64,000 bases of DNA from Carcharhinus longimanus (Eukaryota), in NCBI GenBank assembly GCA_030264375.1, contig JASCQW010000119.1, positions 10,742,249-10,806,248 on the forward strand. Reading direction: 5' to 3'. The notes beneath the pieces were generated by a model that was not told where the DNA came from, searched no databases, and was given only the letters and a program-made list of their open reading frames with translations. Shown piece by piece: positions 37,051-50,570 of the stretch. Within the stretch, counting starts at the first letter, position 1; each line of letters opens with the position of its first letter. The position numbers and the translations under genes were made by a program.

Positions 37051-38139
37051 TGTTTTTGTTTTTAAGGGGTGTGAGAGGGAGAGCTGTTCGTGACATATTG
37101 TAATTAGAATTGGGATAAGGGAACCATAGAATGTGAAAAAATACCAAGTAAGTTTGCAGTTCGAAATTTAGTTCCGATGCTCGGAGGCCCAATCAGAATT
37201 GTGTGAAGGGAAAACGAGAAGCATATGTCGGAGGCATAAAGCACAAAGGCATTTGAAGAGAGAGGGAAAAATGAAATAGACGACATTAAAAACGAAAAAG
37301 TCAACATCATGGGATATACTCACGGTAGACAACAAGAACGGAAAAATGTTTTCGTAATCTCCCATTGTAGTAATGGTTAAAGTCAGTTATTTGTCTCAGT
37401 TGACAGCAGACGGGCGAGTACACAGAATCATGGTGTGTAATTTAGACTTAGAATTGGCCAAAAAAAACTGACGATTCCCTCACGATTCTGAACTGATGGT
37501 GAAGGAGTGAAACCACTTAACATATGGCAGCAGCTTCTGCTTGCGTTTTCGTGATAGGACAGTGATGATCACAAACTCGTGTCCCTTAAATGCCTATTTT
37601 CGCATCTTGAATGTCAAGCAGTGGGAATACGTATTACACGAAAGAAAACACGCATGTCGTTCACAAACACTTGTTCTTTTACAAATTTTGAGGCAAAAAA
37701 AATTCTTTTGACTTTTTTCCTTGTTTAACAGGATGTACGAATTTAATTTATCTCGGAATTTACAATGTAATCCACTCATTTGTATTGAATTATGTAAATA
37801 AGAAAACTCGCATATTTTAGGTAAATAAAGCAACACGATGGCGTATCCCCAGTATAATATACAGTATTAAAAAGACCAAAACATAAAGACTGATGAAAAG
37901 GTAAATTGACAAATGTTTGTAACAGCGAAAATCAGTGCCATTAACTGATTATTTCTCCCTAGGCAAATCAATTCTTGTGAAAGAAGGAGGTAAATCTTTA
38001 TTGACAAATTATTTGCATATACTATCTGTATCGCAATTTGTAATAAAATGCAAAGTAACGGTATTATGCATGCAAATATTTTCCAACAAAAGCGGCTTCG
38101 TTTTCAATGAAATTTATTTTTTTTTCCTTGAAGTGAGCG

Positions 38140-39125
38140 AAGGGCCAACTAAAACAAAAGTAACAGACTCACGGTATTAGAATCTAAGAGTAGATGGGCA
38201 TGTTGTAGTTGAATGTCATACCGAGTAGAGAGTGATTATATCGAGAAATGGATAAAGTGTTCACTGAATCCAAGGAATAATAATGCAGAGATAGAGGAAT
38301 GATTTGTTTGGGTCAATAGTCTAGAAGCAAGATGATAATGTTTCTTTTGGCATAAAAACTGAATAGTGACACCAGAGCTACCAACTTTGCATCAAAGGAA
38401 CAGAATATTTAAATTGGAGTAGTATAGAAAATAAAAATGCTGAAGGGAGGTCAATTGACATTAATATGATGACGTTCTTGACCAGTTGCATTCAGCAGGG
38501 GACAATATTAATATTTAGGAGTTGCAGGGAAAGTGCTGAGATCCTAAGTGATTGAAAAAGCAACAGATACAGATGATACAAGTAACTAATTTTGAAGCGA
38601 TGGTATTGAGTGTTAAACATCCTTAAATCCATGACGTTCCTAAATCATACTAATATTTCCATTAGAGTCCAAAATCAATGTGGGATTGCAGGATCAACCA
38701 TGGTAAATATTCAGTGTTAGGGGAGCAGGGCAGGGGGAAGGGCCTGGGTGGAATGATTCTTAGGAATGTTGGTACAGAGTTGATGGATCAGTTCACTCTT
38801 TATGTGCTGCAGGGAACCTATGGTTCTGCAGGTATAGGGTGGAATTGAGAGAGGTACTTTAATCATGACAGACTACCAAACGTCAAACAGTGGTGAGTAT
38901 GGTTCGGGCATGTGTTTGCATCAAGGACCAACAATCTCCAGAATTTAGTGAAGTGCAAATGTCATGGATATTACATATCTGAAGGATATATGCTAGGCAA
39001 CATGTATAATGAAGCACAAAATATAATGAGAGAACTTCGAACATTATGGTGAATGTGGGTTGTGGGCTTGCGGAAGCACAGGTAACAGATACCCTATTTT
39101 GTGGAATGAAGAATTAAATCTCTGT
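38140..39125 (+). mobile_element. Old CR1 endonuclease-region fragment with SINE tail insertion (~38705-38830)
   Basis: Degenerate similarity to the endonuclease region of other CR1 copies. GGGCCTGGGTGGAATGATTCT..GGTACAGAGTTGATGG..CTATGGTTCT SINE tail. Confidence 0.5.
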
Positions 39126-39129
39126 CCCC

Positions 39130-39362
39130 ATATGCATTAACATTTGCCTTTGGGAATTAATCTAAACTGCACTAAATGACAATTTAGTATGGCCAACACA
39201 CCAAACGTGCAACACATTGGACTTTTTGGCGGAACTGGCGTACTCAGAATAAGGAGAGTTGTGAACAGCAAATTTGCTTCATTCAGATGAGATCAGAATC
39301 GAACCGGGGTCCCTGGTCCTGGGAGACAACGATTCTAACATTTTGTTTCACGTTGCTGCCAT
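39130..39362 (-). mobile_element. Degraded tRNA-derived SINE
   Basis: AATTTAGTATGGCCAACACACC..GGAACTGG..AATCGAACCGGGGTCCCTGG is the reverse complement of the SINE at 26301. Confidence 0.65.
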
Positions 39363-39989
39363 GTGGGAACTTCCGTGCACTTCACAGGTCTTCATGAAAT
39401 ACGATATGGATTGTCTCCAGTGGTGAGATCTGAAGTTTCACGTTGTCGCGATTGTGAAGGAATATAAAGCAATATTGTGTTTCGGTGGATGAAGATTTTC
39501 GGAAATGCATGTTCCAAGTCTTTGTCAGTTGACATACAGTAAAAACGTAGGAGGGTGATCCTCCAGAAGGGTGAAGCGAGCTGGTAGTAAGAAGCCTACT
39601 GTGTGTACGGGACAATGCTCGGACAGTTAACAGATTTAATGAAATGCATTTGAACCTATAGCAAGAAAGGGCAAGAGCCGTACAACACCAAAAGTGGGAA
39701 AAAAGGGTTTGACACGTAACCCATGGAGGCACTTCTGTATATCTGCATGTTCATAATCAATCCACTACATCAAGGCAACGTTCGCATTTTTATTTGCTCA
39801 TGTATTTTTCCGTAATATAGCGCCAATATGCGTTTTGACCACACTCAATGTGTGTGTATTCCTCGCTCTGGGATGCAGAACACAACTGGGCACTTCCAAT
39901 TGAGTGAAAAAAAAACTTACCCGATTCGCAGCCCAAAATCTTTAAAGGCTTATTTTGAGACTGTGCCCTCGGTTTGGTCCGTCGGAAAT

Positions 39990-42480
39990 TAAAGAATGCA
40001 CTCCATTTATTGGAGTTGTGCTGCAGGCCTCCTAATAGCCAGTGGGTGATAGAGAATTAGATATGCAGACAGAAGAAAAAAATGCTAAAACAATATTATT
40101 CATGTTTGATGATTGTAACTTGCACATTCTTGAATGAGATTCCATAAGCGCCAGAGGCTTGGTTGGGGAATGACGTGTTATGTACGCCCAGGCGAGTTCC
40201 TTAAAGCAATACGTAAATATTCCAATAAGGGAAGGGGCAATACTAGATCTGACGTTGGATAATGATCCCTAATCAGGTGACCGAGGTTTAACTGGGAAAG
40301 CATATTGGCAAGAGATGTCATAATTCCATAATTACTGTTAATTAGTGGTCAGGATGATAATAGTGCTTGGGTGAAAGAATTACATTGGCGAGGCCAACTA
40401 TGAGATTATTACACATGGACTGCGGAACTTAGGTTGGAGATGCATGTTTGAGGGTAAATCTTTATCTGTCTTGAAGGAATATTTTGAAGCCCAGCTGATT
40501 AGAGTTCAGGTACGTTCAGGATTAGTAGTTCAGGACTATTACATTTTACTGTGAAAACGTACGAAAGGAATGGAAGAAATCGAGGAGGCGTAGACGACAA
40601 TAGAATTTGTGAATCTATTTTAAAAAGGATAAGTGAAAGTCTTATGTATTTCTTAAGAAACTGAAGATAGACAAAGCCTTGGGAGAATATGAAAAAAACA
40701 ATAATGGCAGTGAGGACGGGCCATTCATGATACTTGGCAAATAGCAGTTACGAAAATCCGAAGTCATTAAATACATATGTAGTGAACAAGAAGGCAGCTA
40801 GGGACAGGGTAGGAACACACAAGGACAAAGGAGGGATTTTATTCATGCAGCCACAGAATGTGGGCGTGGTCCTTAGCAAATACATTGCATCGTTATTTGA
40901 CAAAGGCGACGGTGCTGGCGAGTATAGAGAGGGCTATTTTGATATTCCAAGATAAGCCAATGCAGGAAAGGAGAAGGATTGATGCTTTGAAATTAATTCA
41001 AGTAGGAAAGCCGTACAGACATGATGAGATTTATCCCAGAATAGGAGTGGAGGTAATGGGGGAAACTGTCCGTGTGTTGTAAGAAATTGTTGTATCCTCT
41101 TTAGTCAGAGGAGAGATCCCAGATTACTGGAGAATAAACAAGGTCGTCCTTTTGTTTAAGGTGAACAACAGGTATAAGCCAGGGAATTGCAGGCTGATGA
41201 GCCTTATATCAGCAGTGGAAAAATTATTGGTGAAGATTATGAAAGACAAGAAAACATATTTGCGTATATTATCAATAGGCAGCATGGCTTTGCCCTGTGG
41301 AGTTCTTGTCTCATACACCTGATTGAGATTGTTTTTTTTCGAGGTACTGACAGCGATGGTTGATGTGAACTGGGCAATTGTTCTTGTCTACGTTTACTTC
41401 AGCAAGATATTTCACAAGAGTCGTCATGACATGCTGATATGCAAGATAAAGTCGCATGGGATCCCCCACGAGCTAGTCATAGGATGGACATTTATCTAGC
41501 TGAAACATAAAAGGCTGAGAATAGCGGTAGAATTGTGTGTTTCTGACTCAAGATTTGTGACCAGCTATGTTACGCAGGGATCAGTGCTGTGACGACTGTT
41601 TTCAACAATATTTCTAAATGATTTCGACATGAAAGTACTTTGTCTGATTAGTAAGTTTGCACAGACACAAACATTGTAGTAACTGTGGAGATTGAGGAGG
41701 ATTGCTAGCGTTTTTGGCAGGATGTAAATAAGTTGGAGACTTCGGGGGAGAAATGGAAGGATGAATTTAACCTAGAGAAATGTGAGGTGATGTGTTTTGG
41801 AACGTCTGTTGTTGGAGTGAAGTACGCCGTAAGTGGCAGAACTCTTCGAAGAATTCATGCACAGAGAGTCTAGGTGCACAGATCCATATGCCACTGAAAA
41901 CTGAATGCAAGTGGATAAACTGGTCAAGAAGACCTGTGAAATTTGTGACTTCAATGTTCGGGAAAGAACAAATAAATTGGCAGGTCATGTTGCAGCGGTG
42001 CGAACTTTAATTTGGCCACATTTCGAATATTGTATACAGTTCCGATAGCCAGACAGTGTGTGGAGTCTTTGGTGAGGGTACAGAAAATGTGTACCAGGAT
42101 TTTGCCTTGTTTGGAGTGTATAAGCTACATGGAAATGTTGGAGAAACGCACTTGAAATTCAATGGCTTAGGGCGGACCTGATAGAAGGTAACGAACAAAA
42201 ACATTTAAGCCGCATTTAGAATAGACAAGCAGATAATTTACCCAGGGTAAAAATCTCAATTACAAAGGGACAGAAATTTAAGTAAAAGGGGGGGGGGGAG
42301 TATGAAGGAGTTAGGGGAGACATGATTTTTCTTTACAGAGAGTGTGCTGAATGTCATACATGTGGTGTCAAATGAAATTGTAGAAGCAGAGGCAAACAAA
42401 ATTTGGGATCAATTTTGACATAGAAAATGAATACTGCGAGTGAAACCCCATAGAAGCAAAATAGTTACTTGGAAGAGACA
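39990..42480 (+). mobile_element. Near-complete decayed CR1 ORF2
   Basis: ENPKSLNTYVVNKKAARDRVGTHKDKGG (40734-40955), GEIPDYWRI..PGNCRLMSLIS, V.QGSVL and SKFA.DT motifs, then 3' region. Confidence 0.88.
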
Positions 42481-42526
42481 ACTGAAAACGTTTTCTCCAA
42501 ATTTCTGAATGGTAAATATAATTTCT

Positions 42527-42700
42527 GATGTGGATATGCCGGCGTTGGACTGGGGTAAACACAGTAAAAAGTCCGACAACACCAGGTTTAAGTCCAACCG
42601 ATNNNNNNNNNNNNNNNNNNNNNNNNNNNNNNNNNNNNNNNNNNNNNNNNNNNNNNNNNNNNNNNNNNNNNNNNNNNNNNNNNNNNNNNCTGGTGTAGTC
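42527..42700 (-). mobile_element. Penelope-like terminal fragment (mostly gap)
   Basis: GATGTGGATATGCCGGCGTTGGACTGGGGTAAACACAGTAA..CACCAGGTTTAAGTCCAAC, matching 42955-43025. Confidence 0.75.
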
Positions 42701-42954
42701 AATCCAGTTGTGACATATTCGGACAAAAACTGTTGGAAGTGTTAAAAATGTTGTTGTCGTTTGCAATGGTGAATTGTTTGCACCTGAAAATTCTAACAGT
42801 TTGAATTGGAAAGGAAAAACAAGTAAAGAATTGATGCAATCTTCAAACATTTTCTAGATAATTGAAGTGCCGGACAAATTTTACAGTAACATAAATGAAA
42901 TCTTTACTCAACCAACAATTTATAGTCACAATATGTGGCCAGCTGGTTCATGGT

Positions 42955-43390
42955 GATCTGGAGAAGCCGGCGTTGGACTGGGATAAACACAGTAAGAAGT
43001 CTCACAACACCAGGTTGAAGTCCTGGTTTATTTGATAGCAAAAGCCACTAGCTTTCGAAGCACTGCTCCTTCGTCAGGTGAGTGTGATTTCAGTTCACAA
43101 ACAAGGCATATGAAGACACAAACTCAATTTACAAACTAATGGTTGGAATACGAGTCTTTACACGTAATCAAGTCTAAAAGGCACAGACAAGGTGAGTGGA
43201 GAGAGGGTTTAGCACAGGTTAAGGAGATATGAATTGTCTCCAGTCAGGACAGTAAGTAAGATTTTGCAAGCCCAGGCAAGTCGTGGGGGATCACAGACAG
43301 TGTGACATGAACCCAAGATCCCGATTGATGCCGTCCTCATGTGTGCGGAACTTGACTGTCAGCCTCTGCTCAGCGACTTGAAGCTGTTGT
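42955..43390 (-). mobile_element. Penelope-like element 3' end (GIY-YIG C-terminus + terminal repeat)
   Basis: Minus translation VAEQRLTVKFRTHEDGINRDLGFMSH is the typical Penelope ORF end (GLNRD), followed by a 3' region with a hammerhead motif. Confidence 0.88.
43045..43081 (-). ncRNA. Minimal type I hammerhead ribozyme
   Basis: Minus strand UCAC CUGACGA A GGAGC AGU GCUUC GAA A GC U A GUGG: stem I UCAC/GUGG, core CUGANGA, stem II GGAGC/GCUUC, GAAA, palindromic AGCU stem III, UH cleavage site. Confidence 0.75.
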
Positions 43391-43399
43391 TAAGGCTTG

Positions 43400-46170
43400 T
43401 GCAATAAGATACCCAAGGGGGTAGAAACGATGAGAAAGAACTCAGATGCTTTCACTTTGATGAATTGGAAATTAAAAATCATATTGCAGTTATTGGTAAA
43501 AACACTAATACAGTGAATGAAATCTCGAAAGGAATCGAGGAGCTGAAGTAGAATGCATAACCTAGGGATAGGCTGAATAGCAAGATGATGCCCATCGTTA
43601 CAAGGACTTCACCTGTGTAAGTACAGTTTACTCAGGTAGAGCAGGGGAAGCAGGCCAAGAAATTAAAATATTGAGAGTACGTGAGCTACTCTATCTCTAA
43701 TATTAAGAGATGAAAATGTTTGTGATCTTTCTGAAATGTCGCCGAAGAAGAAGGAAGGAATAGAAGTGGTGACAGAAATGTTCTCCGGTGTAAAATAAAG
43801 CTGGGAATTCCAATCAATACTGGGAAAATGATGGTGTGAGTAACGGAAAACTAGCTATTGCAGGAATATGGTTAAACGTTGGAAACAGGATAGTTGGATT
43901 ACAGTTGGGAGTGATGTCCATTGTAATAGGAAAGCCAGAAGAAAACCAAATAACTGAAGATATAAAGGAAAAGAAACACATCCTGGACTTGTTCTGGGCT
44001 ATTTGGTGAAACGATTCCACAGCCAAAAGTTAAAGGAGGAAAGGATAGCATAAGGCAAAGCTGAAGGAACTGAGGTCTGCTTAGGTTTGCACTCTGACGA
44101 GTTGGTAAAGGAACAATGTAAGCAGGAAGGGGATCAGACAGAGGTGATTAGTTCTGAAAGATGAATGGTTTTGCAACAGAAATATGAGGCAATAAAGGAT
44201 CCACATCTTTAAGCCTATAAGCAAAAGAAATCAGAGTGTATTCCAGAATACTATTAATTTAAGGGAAACAAAAATCTTAAGGCAGAAATGGAAAAAGTAA
44301 CAGTTTAAAAAAGATGAAAAAATGATGGAATTTCACCAGATTGTGCTACCGGTAGAATACAGGCAGGCAGTATTGCGGATGGCACACGAATTCCCTGCAG
44401 CAGGTCACCTAGGATCCATTAAGACTCAAAGAACAAAGAACAAAAACAGCCCGGGCTAAGATACAAAAGCATTTTTTTTTGGCCGAATTAAAGAGATGGT
44501 GGTGAATTTTGCAATACATGTCATATGCTTGTCACATGGTAGGAAAGCCACAGTCTGTTAATTCCCGGGCCTTTTATGCCAATTCCGGCACTTGAAGGAT
44601 CTTTTACACTGGTTACCACTGATTGTGTCGATCCCTCACTAAAACCAAAAGTGGAAACCAATATTTTATAACCTTAAAGGATATGTCAATATGGTTTCCA
44701 GAAGCAATTCATTACGGCATATCAAGGCAAAAAAAGATTGTGGGGGAGTTATTTGTTTTCTTCAAACGTATGGAGTGCCAGGGAGATTCAGTCAGACCAC
44801 GGGTCCTATTTACTGCCAACTTATTTTAGGAGGGCATGGATATTTTACGTATCAGGCTCATTGCATCAATCACTTGTCACCCTGAATCCCAGGGTTCATT
44901 GGAAAGATTGTATCAGACCAAAATAAGACTACATTGAAGTCTTATTGCCAGGCTTCCCAATTGAATAGGACAGATGTAGCCCCTTTATATTATTTGCTCT
45001 GACAGATGTTCCAAATGAATCGAATCACTTTACACCGTTTGAACTGATATTCGGGCACGAAGTAAAATAACCTTTCAAATTAGCCGTAGTCAGAGTTCTC
45101 ACAGTTGGATTATGTATCTGAGGTGAGAGAACGAGAGTGGTGAATTAGCTGTCAAAATTTGAAGGTGATCCATCAGATGAGAGAATTAAACTTCGTATGT
45201 TTACCCGTGGGGATTAAACAGTTGTGATATTAGTAGAGTCAAGTGATTACTTCGAAGCAAAATTTAGTAGTCCATATCAGATTGAGAAAAAGTTAAGGCG
45301 ACTGAGTTACCTGGCAAAGATGTCAGATATGCCAACATTTTATCGTGTATGTGAAGTGAACATGGTAGAAAAAAAGTCAATGTCTGATAAAAGGGAACCA
45401 GCAAAACAGTAATTACTTTTTGCCGCTCAGATTTAGGAATGAAATCCTAAATGGATGTGGATTTTAATGTGCCTGAGAATAAATTGAATCATGAAGAGTC
45501 ATTCAAGAATAGAAAGTGTACTGAGCTATTCGCCTCAGGAACAGAGAACTGAATTAAAACGTTTGTTGAAGTGCTGGAAGGATCTATGTCGGAATAGAAT
45601 GTGGAGGACTAATGATATAGTATATGAGATTGGCGTAAGGAATGCACATCCAATAAAAGAATACTCCTGCCGGCTTGATCCTCTCAATGCAGCGCAGGTT
45701 CAGAATGAATTGGTTGCGGTGCTACAAAACAACATCATAGAGCCAGAGAAAAAGCGAGTGAAGTTCGCCAATCCTGTAGGTTCGCAAACCTGATGTTACT
45801 GAACGATTATCAGAAGGTTAACCATGTGATTATGTCTGATTCATACCCAATTCCAAGGCTGAATGATTTCGTGGAAAATGTGGGACAAGCTACTTACATC
45901 ACAAAGTTCGACTTACTTCATGGTTGTTGGCAAGCACCTTTATCAGAGAGAACAAACTAAGATTGTGGTTTTGTTACTCCAGATGGGCGACATCAATTTT
46001 AAATAATGCCCTTTGGGGTGACAAAACAAACCGGCTACTTTCCAAAGGCTTATGAACTGAATTTTCCAGGGTTGACTAATTGAGCTGTCTGGATAGATGA
46101 CTTACTGATCTTTCGCCATTCGTGGAAAGATCTCAAAGAACATTTAGCAGAGCTTTTTCAGAGAGGGAAC
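43400..46170 (+). mobile_element. Gmr1-like Ty3/Gypsy LTR retrotransposon internal region (gag knuckle-PR-IN-RT order), decayed
   Basis: Protease IKILR(D.G)ATLSLI ~43665; integrase HQIVLPVEYRQAVLRMAHEFPAAGHLG (44335-44415), FCNTCH, KTKSGNQYFIT..FPEAI, EIQSDHG, HPESQGSLER, FTPFELIFGHEV, FEAKFSSPYQI (to ~45370); then RT HPIKEYSCRLDP..LQNNIIEP, SDSYPIPRLND, ITKFDLLHG, MPFG, WIDDLLIF (45600-46160). Confidence 0.92.
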
Positions 46171-46791
46171 GGACTTCCCCCTTCATAACAAGATATTCTA
46201 AGAAAGATTCCGTTAAACAAATCAAAGCGCGTGTTTGACAGAATTAAGACTGAACTAAAAGGGGGTCATTTCAGTTTTAATGAGCAGAAACCGCCTTCAA
46301 AAAAGAGGTTAGGCGACATCCAAGATGATTTTTTTCGGACGAGAATATAGAAGGTGCTGGTGTTCCTGAACGTTGCAAGGACTACATCCATGTCCGCTGG
46401 TAAAAATCAGCAGACTCTACTAAGATAACATGCACAAAATTGAGGCGTTTATCACTTAAATCCATCTGCAGCCGCCAGTATATCTCTCATATGTTTGATA
46501 AAATAGTCCCGAACGTTGTCCTATGAATAGCAATGTCAGGAGACCGCAGAAGGACAAAAAAAACGGTGTTGGTGTGTTCACTAATCTGTGACTAGATCTG
46601 GCTTACAGCAGGTCAAAATGAAGTCAATCAGTTGGAAAGGACGCGCGAAACTTTGAACAGATCATGTACTCGACAATAGTCATGTGCCCCGCATTTGCCA
46701 GGGAGAGATCATCAACAAACAGCGTATCAAGCTCTCTCAACGCAGCAATTCAGCGTGCAACCTGAGAGATTACTTAAGAGGACGATTGCAT

Positions 46792-46792
<1 letters not shown>

Positions 46793-46865
<73 letters not shown>

Positions 46866-46992
46866 NNNNNNNNNNNNNNNNNNNNNNNNNNNNNNNNNNN
46901 NNNNNNNNNNNNNNNNNNNNNNNNNNNNNNNNNNNNNNNNNNNNNNNNNNNNNNNNNNNNNNNNNAGAGATTACTTAAGAGGACGATTGCAT

Positions 46993-47040
<48 letters not shown>
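46793..47040. repeat. (GT)n microsatellite spanning a gap
   Basis: Direct observation. Confidence 0.98.
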
Positions 47041-47041
<1 letters not shown>

Positions 47042-47130
47042 CATTGTATGTCTTTTTTTGTGTTTTGCGTGTGTGTCTGTTATACGAATCGAAACAGGGC
47101 ACGAGTTGTCAGTAGAACATTTATGCAAGT

Positions 47131-48528
47131 GAAATCAGAATTATTATGGAAGTTGAGTTGTGGATAATAATGAGATTAAAAACAGGTATATCACCAGCGT
47201 CTGATTATGTGAATGCTAGAGTACTTAAAGAGGTGTTCTTCTAAACAGTGAATGCATTTGTTGTCAGCTTCCAAGATTCTATGAAGTCTGGATCATTTAA
47301 TATTAGCTTAGATTGCAAACTTGCGAATGTTAAACAACTATTTTAAAGTCAGATGGAGAGGAACCCACATTATAGATCAATCACCCTGACAGTGCTCTGC
47401 ATTTAATTAATTTATTTAATTCATTACCTCAAGGTTCTCTACATTAATTAAACATTGGCAGAAATTGGCATTGTATGATATGGTAAATTAAGGGGAATAT
47501 TTTGAATGACTATTTTCCTGAATATTTAGGCTCCGTGGTGTGCTGCATGTGCTTAGAACTTTGAAGGTGGAAGCATTCTTTAACTTAGCCAATCATGTGT
47601 GATCTTGCGATCATAACTGGATATATGGGCACAAGAGCTACAATATCAGATGTACATAGAAATATGACATACGAACAAACATGCGCCATTCTACACTTCC
47701 ATCACGCACCGGCACACATTATGACAGTTAGCCTCTTCCTACCTCCACAAACGTAAATCCTTGTTTTGCTTTCACTCCAAGAATTCTATTTCATTTTTCT
47801 TGAAGGCAAACTACGTTCTGTGGTCGTGAATTTCACAGGTTCTCCACTCGCTAACTGAAGTGTTTTTTTTCATTATTCTCAGAATGTGATGCCTAAATCT
47901 GGATTCTCCCCTCCCACCGACGTAAACATCCCCCCTGCATTACCGTTGCGAAGCCCTGTTAAATCCGTCCTCATTCTTCTGAACATCAGCAAATATAATC
48001 CTAACCAACCGCTCTTTTTTCATACACAAGTCCTGCCATCCCATTTATCAGTCTGTATTCAACGCACTGCCTCTATAGACATATCATCCTTCCTCAAACA
48101 GGAACACCAAAACTAGACATAGTATTTCAGGTGTGCCTTCATCAAGGACCTATATAATTGAATCAATTAGATATGCCAAGCACCAATTTTCTAGATTTTG
48201 TCACTGTTTACATGTGTTCTGCTATCAAATCCTTTATGATAGTCTGCAGACTTTCCCATACTACCGACGTCAGCGTGATTGATCTATAATGCGGGTTCCT
48301 CTCCATCTGCCTTTAAAATAGTTGTTTAACATTCGCAAGTTTGCAATCTAAGCTAATATCAAACAATCCAGATTTCATAGAATCTTGGAAGCTGACAACA
48401 AATGCATTCACTGTTTAGAAGAATACCTCTTTAAGTACTCTAGCATTCACATAATCAGACGCTGGTGTTATACCTGTTTTTAATCTAATTGTTATCCACA
48501 ACTCAACTTCCATAATAATTCTGATTTC
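47131..48528. repeat. ~260-bp inverted repeat (47131-47390 / 48269-48528) of CR1 RT sequence
   Basis: Manual alignment gives about 11 mismatches over about 260 bp between the first arm and the reverse complement of the second. Confidence 0.92.
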
Positions 48529-50570
48529 CTTGAGTTCTTCACACTCACTAAACATTGTGTTCCCAAATATATGAAACACATTTCCTCAATTTATGAAGGC
48601 AGAATCAAAGTATGTATTTAGTGCTCCCGCAATAGACTTGCTCCCCATTATAAATCCACCTGTTTCTGACTTTAAGACATCTGCATTTTTCCCTGATTTT
48701 TTTTTCTCTTTACATGCCCATACAGTCTCCTACAGTCAGACTTTATACCGTCAAAATTAATCTCTTACTTGATGTCTCCAGCCCTTTACTCTCTCATGCT
48801 GAATGTTGCATTGCACCCAATCCTCACGTCTATTGCTCATTTTGATTATTTTTTGACTGAATAATTTGTATGTCCTTTTTTGGATGCATGACTATGGCCA
48901 ATGTTCCTCATAACCCATGGATTAACCACTTTTCCAGCTTGCCTTTGCACGAGATTACAATTCAACATTGTTACAATTCAGCCATGCACGCTTTGAATAT
49001 TTACCATTGTCAAACTACCAGCTTCCCTGAACATCTCCCAATTCATCATCGCCAACTGGGACCTCATACAGTACTAATTTACGTTCTTTAGATTCAGGAC
49101 ACTGGTCTCCGAATCAATCATGTAACTCTCCATCTTGAAGAATTCTACCATCACCTCGTTAGCAAGCATATGCACAAGCATATTGTCAATTTCTTAATTT
49201 CCTATTGCACAATACCTGCAGTACTGCAATATTCCATTGATCCCACAACATATTGGTCGAGAAAGCCATTCTGTATCCACTCCAGGAATTCATGCTCTAT
49301 GGTATTGTCACTAATTTGATTTGCCATTTTTTTTGCCAGATTATACCCAGCCATCATTACAGAGATTCAATCATTCATTGCATAGCGACATTTTTGTGCA
49401 CTGTCATTCTCAACATCACGACTACAGTTTGGGGTTATAAATTTCTACCTTTTAATTTATGTTGCCTCTGTGTTTCTCAGTTCAACCCACTGCAATTCCT
49501 CATCATGGCATCTGACTAATTTTATCACTATAGCATTAATTTCACTTGATCTAACAACGGAGCTCTACCACCTTTATGGATATACTGAATTTGGATAATC
49601 AGTGAGCATCCCTGTTCAGTCGAGTGGCATGCCTCCATAATAAGAACATAAGAACATAAGAAATAGGAGCAGGAGTGGGCCATCTGGCCCTTCGAGCCTG
49701 CCCCGCCATTCAATAANNNNNNNNNNNNNNNNNNNNNNNNNNNNNNNNNNNNNNNNNNNNNNNNNNNNNNNNNNNNNNNNNNNNNNNNNNNNNNNNNNNN
49801 NNNNNNNNNNNNNNNNCTCTGTTCTAAAACGCCCCCCCTTTATCTTGAGGCTGTGCCCCCTAGTCCTACTGTCTTTTTCACAACTTTATCACGTGAGTTT
49901 ACATCTATTAGTGATTTATTCAGCTACTTCGTCGTGAATGCTCTACTGATTAAGGCAAAAAAAATTTTAAGGCTTGTGTTGCAACTTTTTTAATACGATT
50001 CACAGTATTTTACAGAGTGGCAATTTTGGTTTTGCTTCTCCATTTATCTGCCTGTCACTTTTCTGTTTCCCTTACTGTACATTGTTCTTTCCAAGACTCG
50101 TCCTCTCCTCACGAACTGCATTGGACTGCCTGACATGCAATTTCTATTAAGCACTTCCCAACGAATTTAGCAAATACACACCATAGGGCATCAGTTCCGG
50201 TAATGTACAGGTGAAAGTTGTTAAGCTTGCAATGATCCTGCCTCCTCCTGAATCGCTTACACGGGTCCTGCATTTCCTTCTAGTTCAGGCATTCGTCCAG
50301 TATAATCCACTGGTCCACGCTGATTAGTACTTGGCATTGATGGTGATCTTAACATTAGTACTGTGGAGTTCTACTTTTCAACATTTTTGATAATGCAGAA
50401 CGAAATGCCTTTCGGGCGCTATTCATTTGCAACAATGTCAGTTCTAATAATGTGCATCAGGAGTATTTCTTCTTCCCCCTTCAGAAGCTCTTGGAGCCGT
50501 CCATTGGCATCCTCAGATACTAGGCATCATGACATCCTGGAGCCTCCTTTGCAGCTATAAAAAATGCCTA
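47655..50570 (-). mobile_element. Long, internally deleted old CR1 LINE with a young CR1 tail inserted at ~49640-49870
   Basis: 3' UTR-like end at ~47655, RT region 48250-48700, endonuclease region 49150-49630, ORF1-like 50150-50560. Insert begins ATAAGAACATAAGAACATAAGAAATAGGAGCAGGAG. Confidence 0.75.

Noticed and set aside
46764-46995. Direct repeat AGAGATTACTTAAGAGGACGATTGCATGG + (GT)n on both sides of a 100-N gap
   Set aside because: Identical sequence flanking a placeholder gap indicates unmerged contig overlap.
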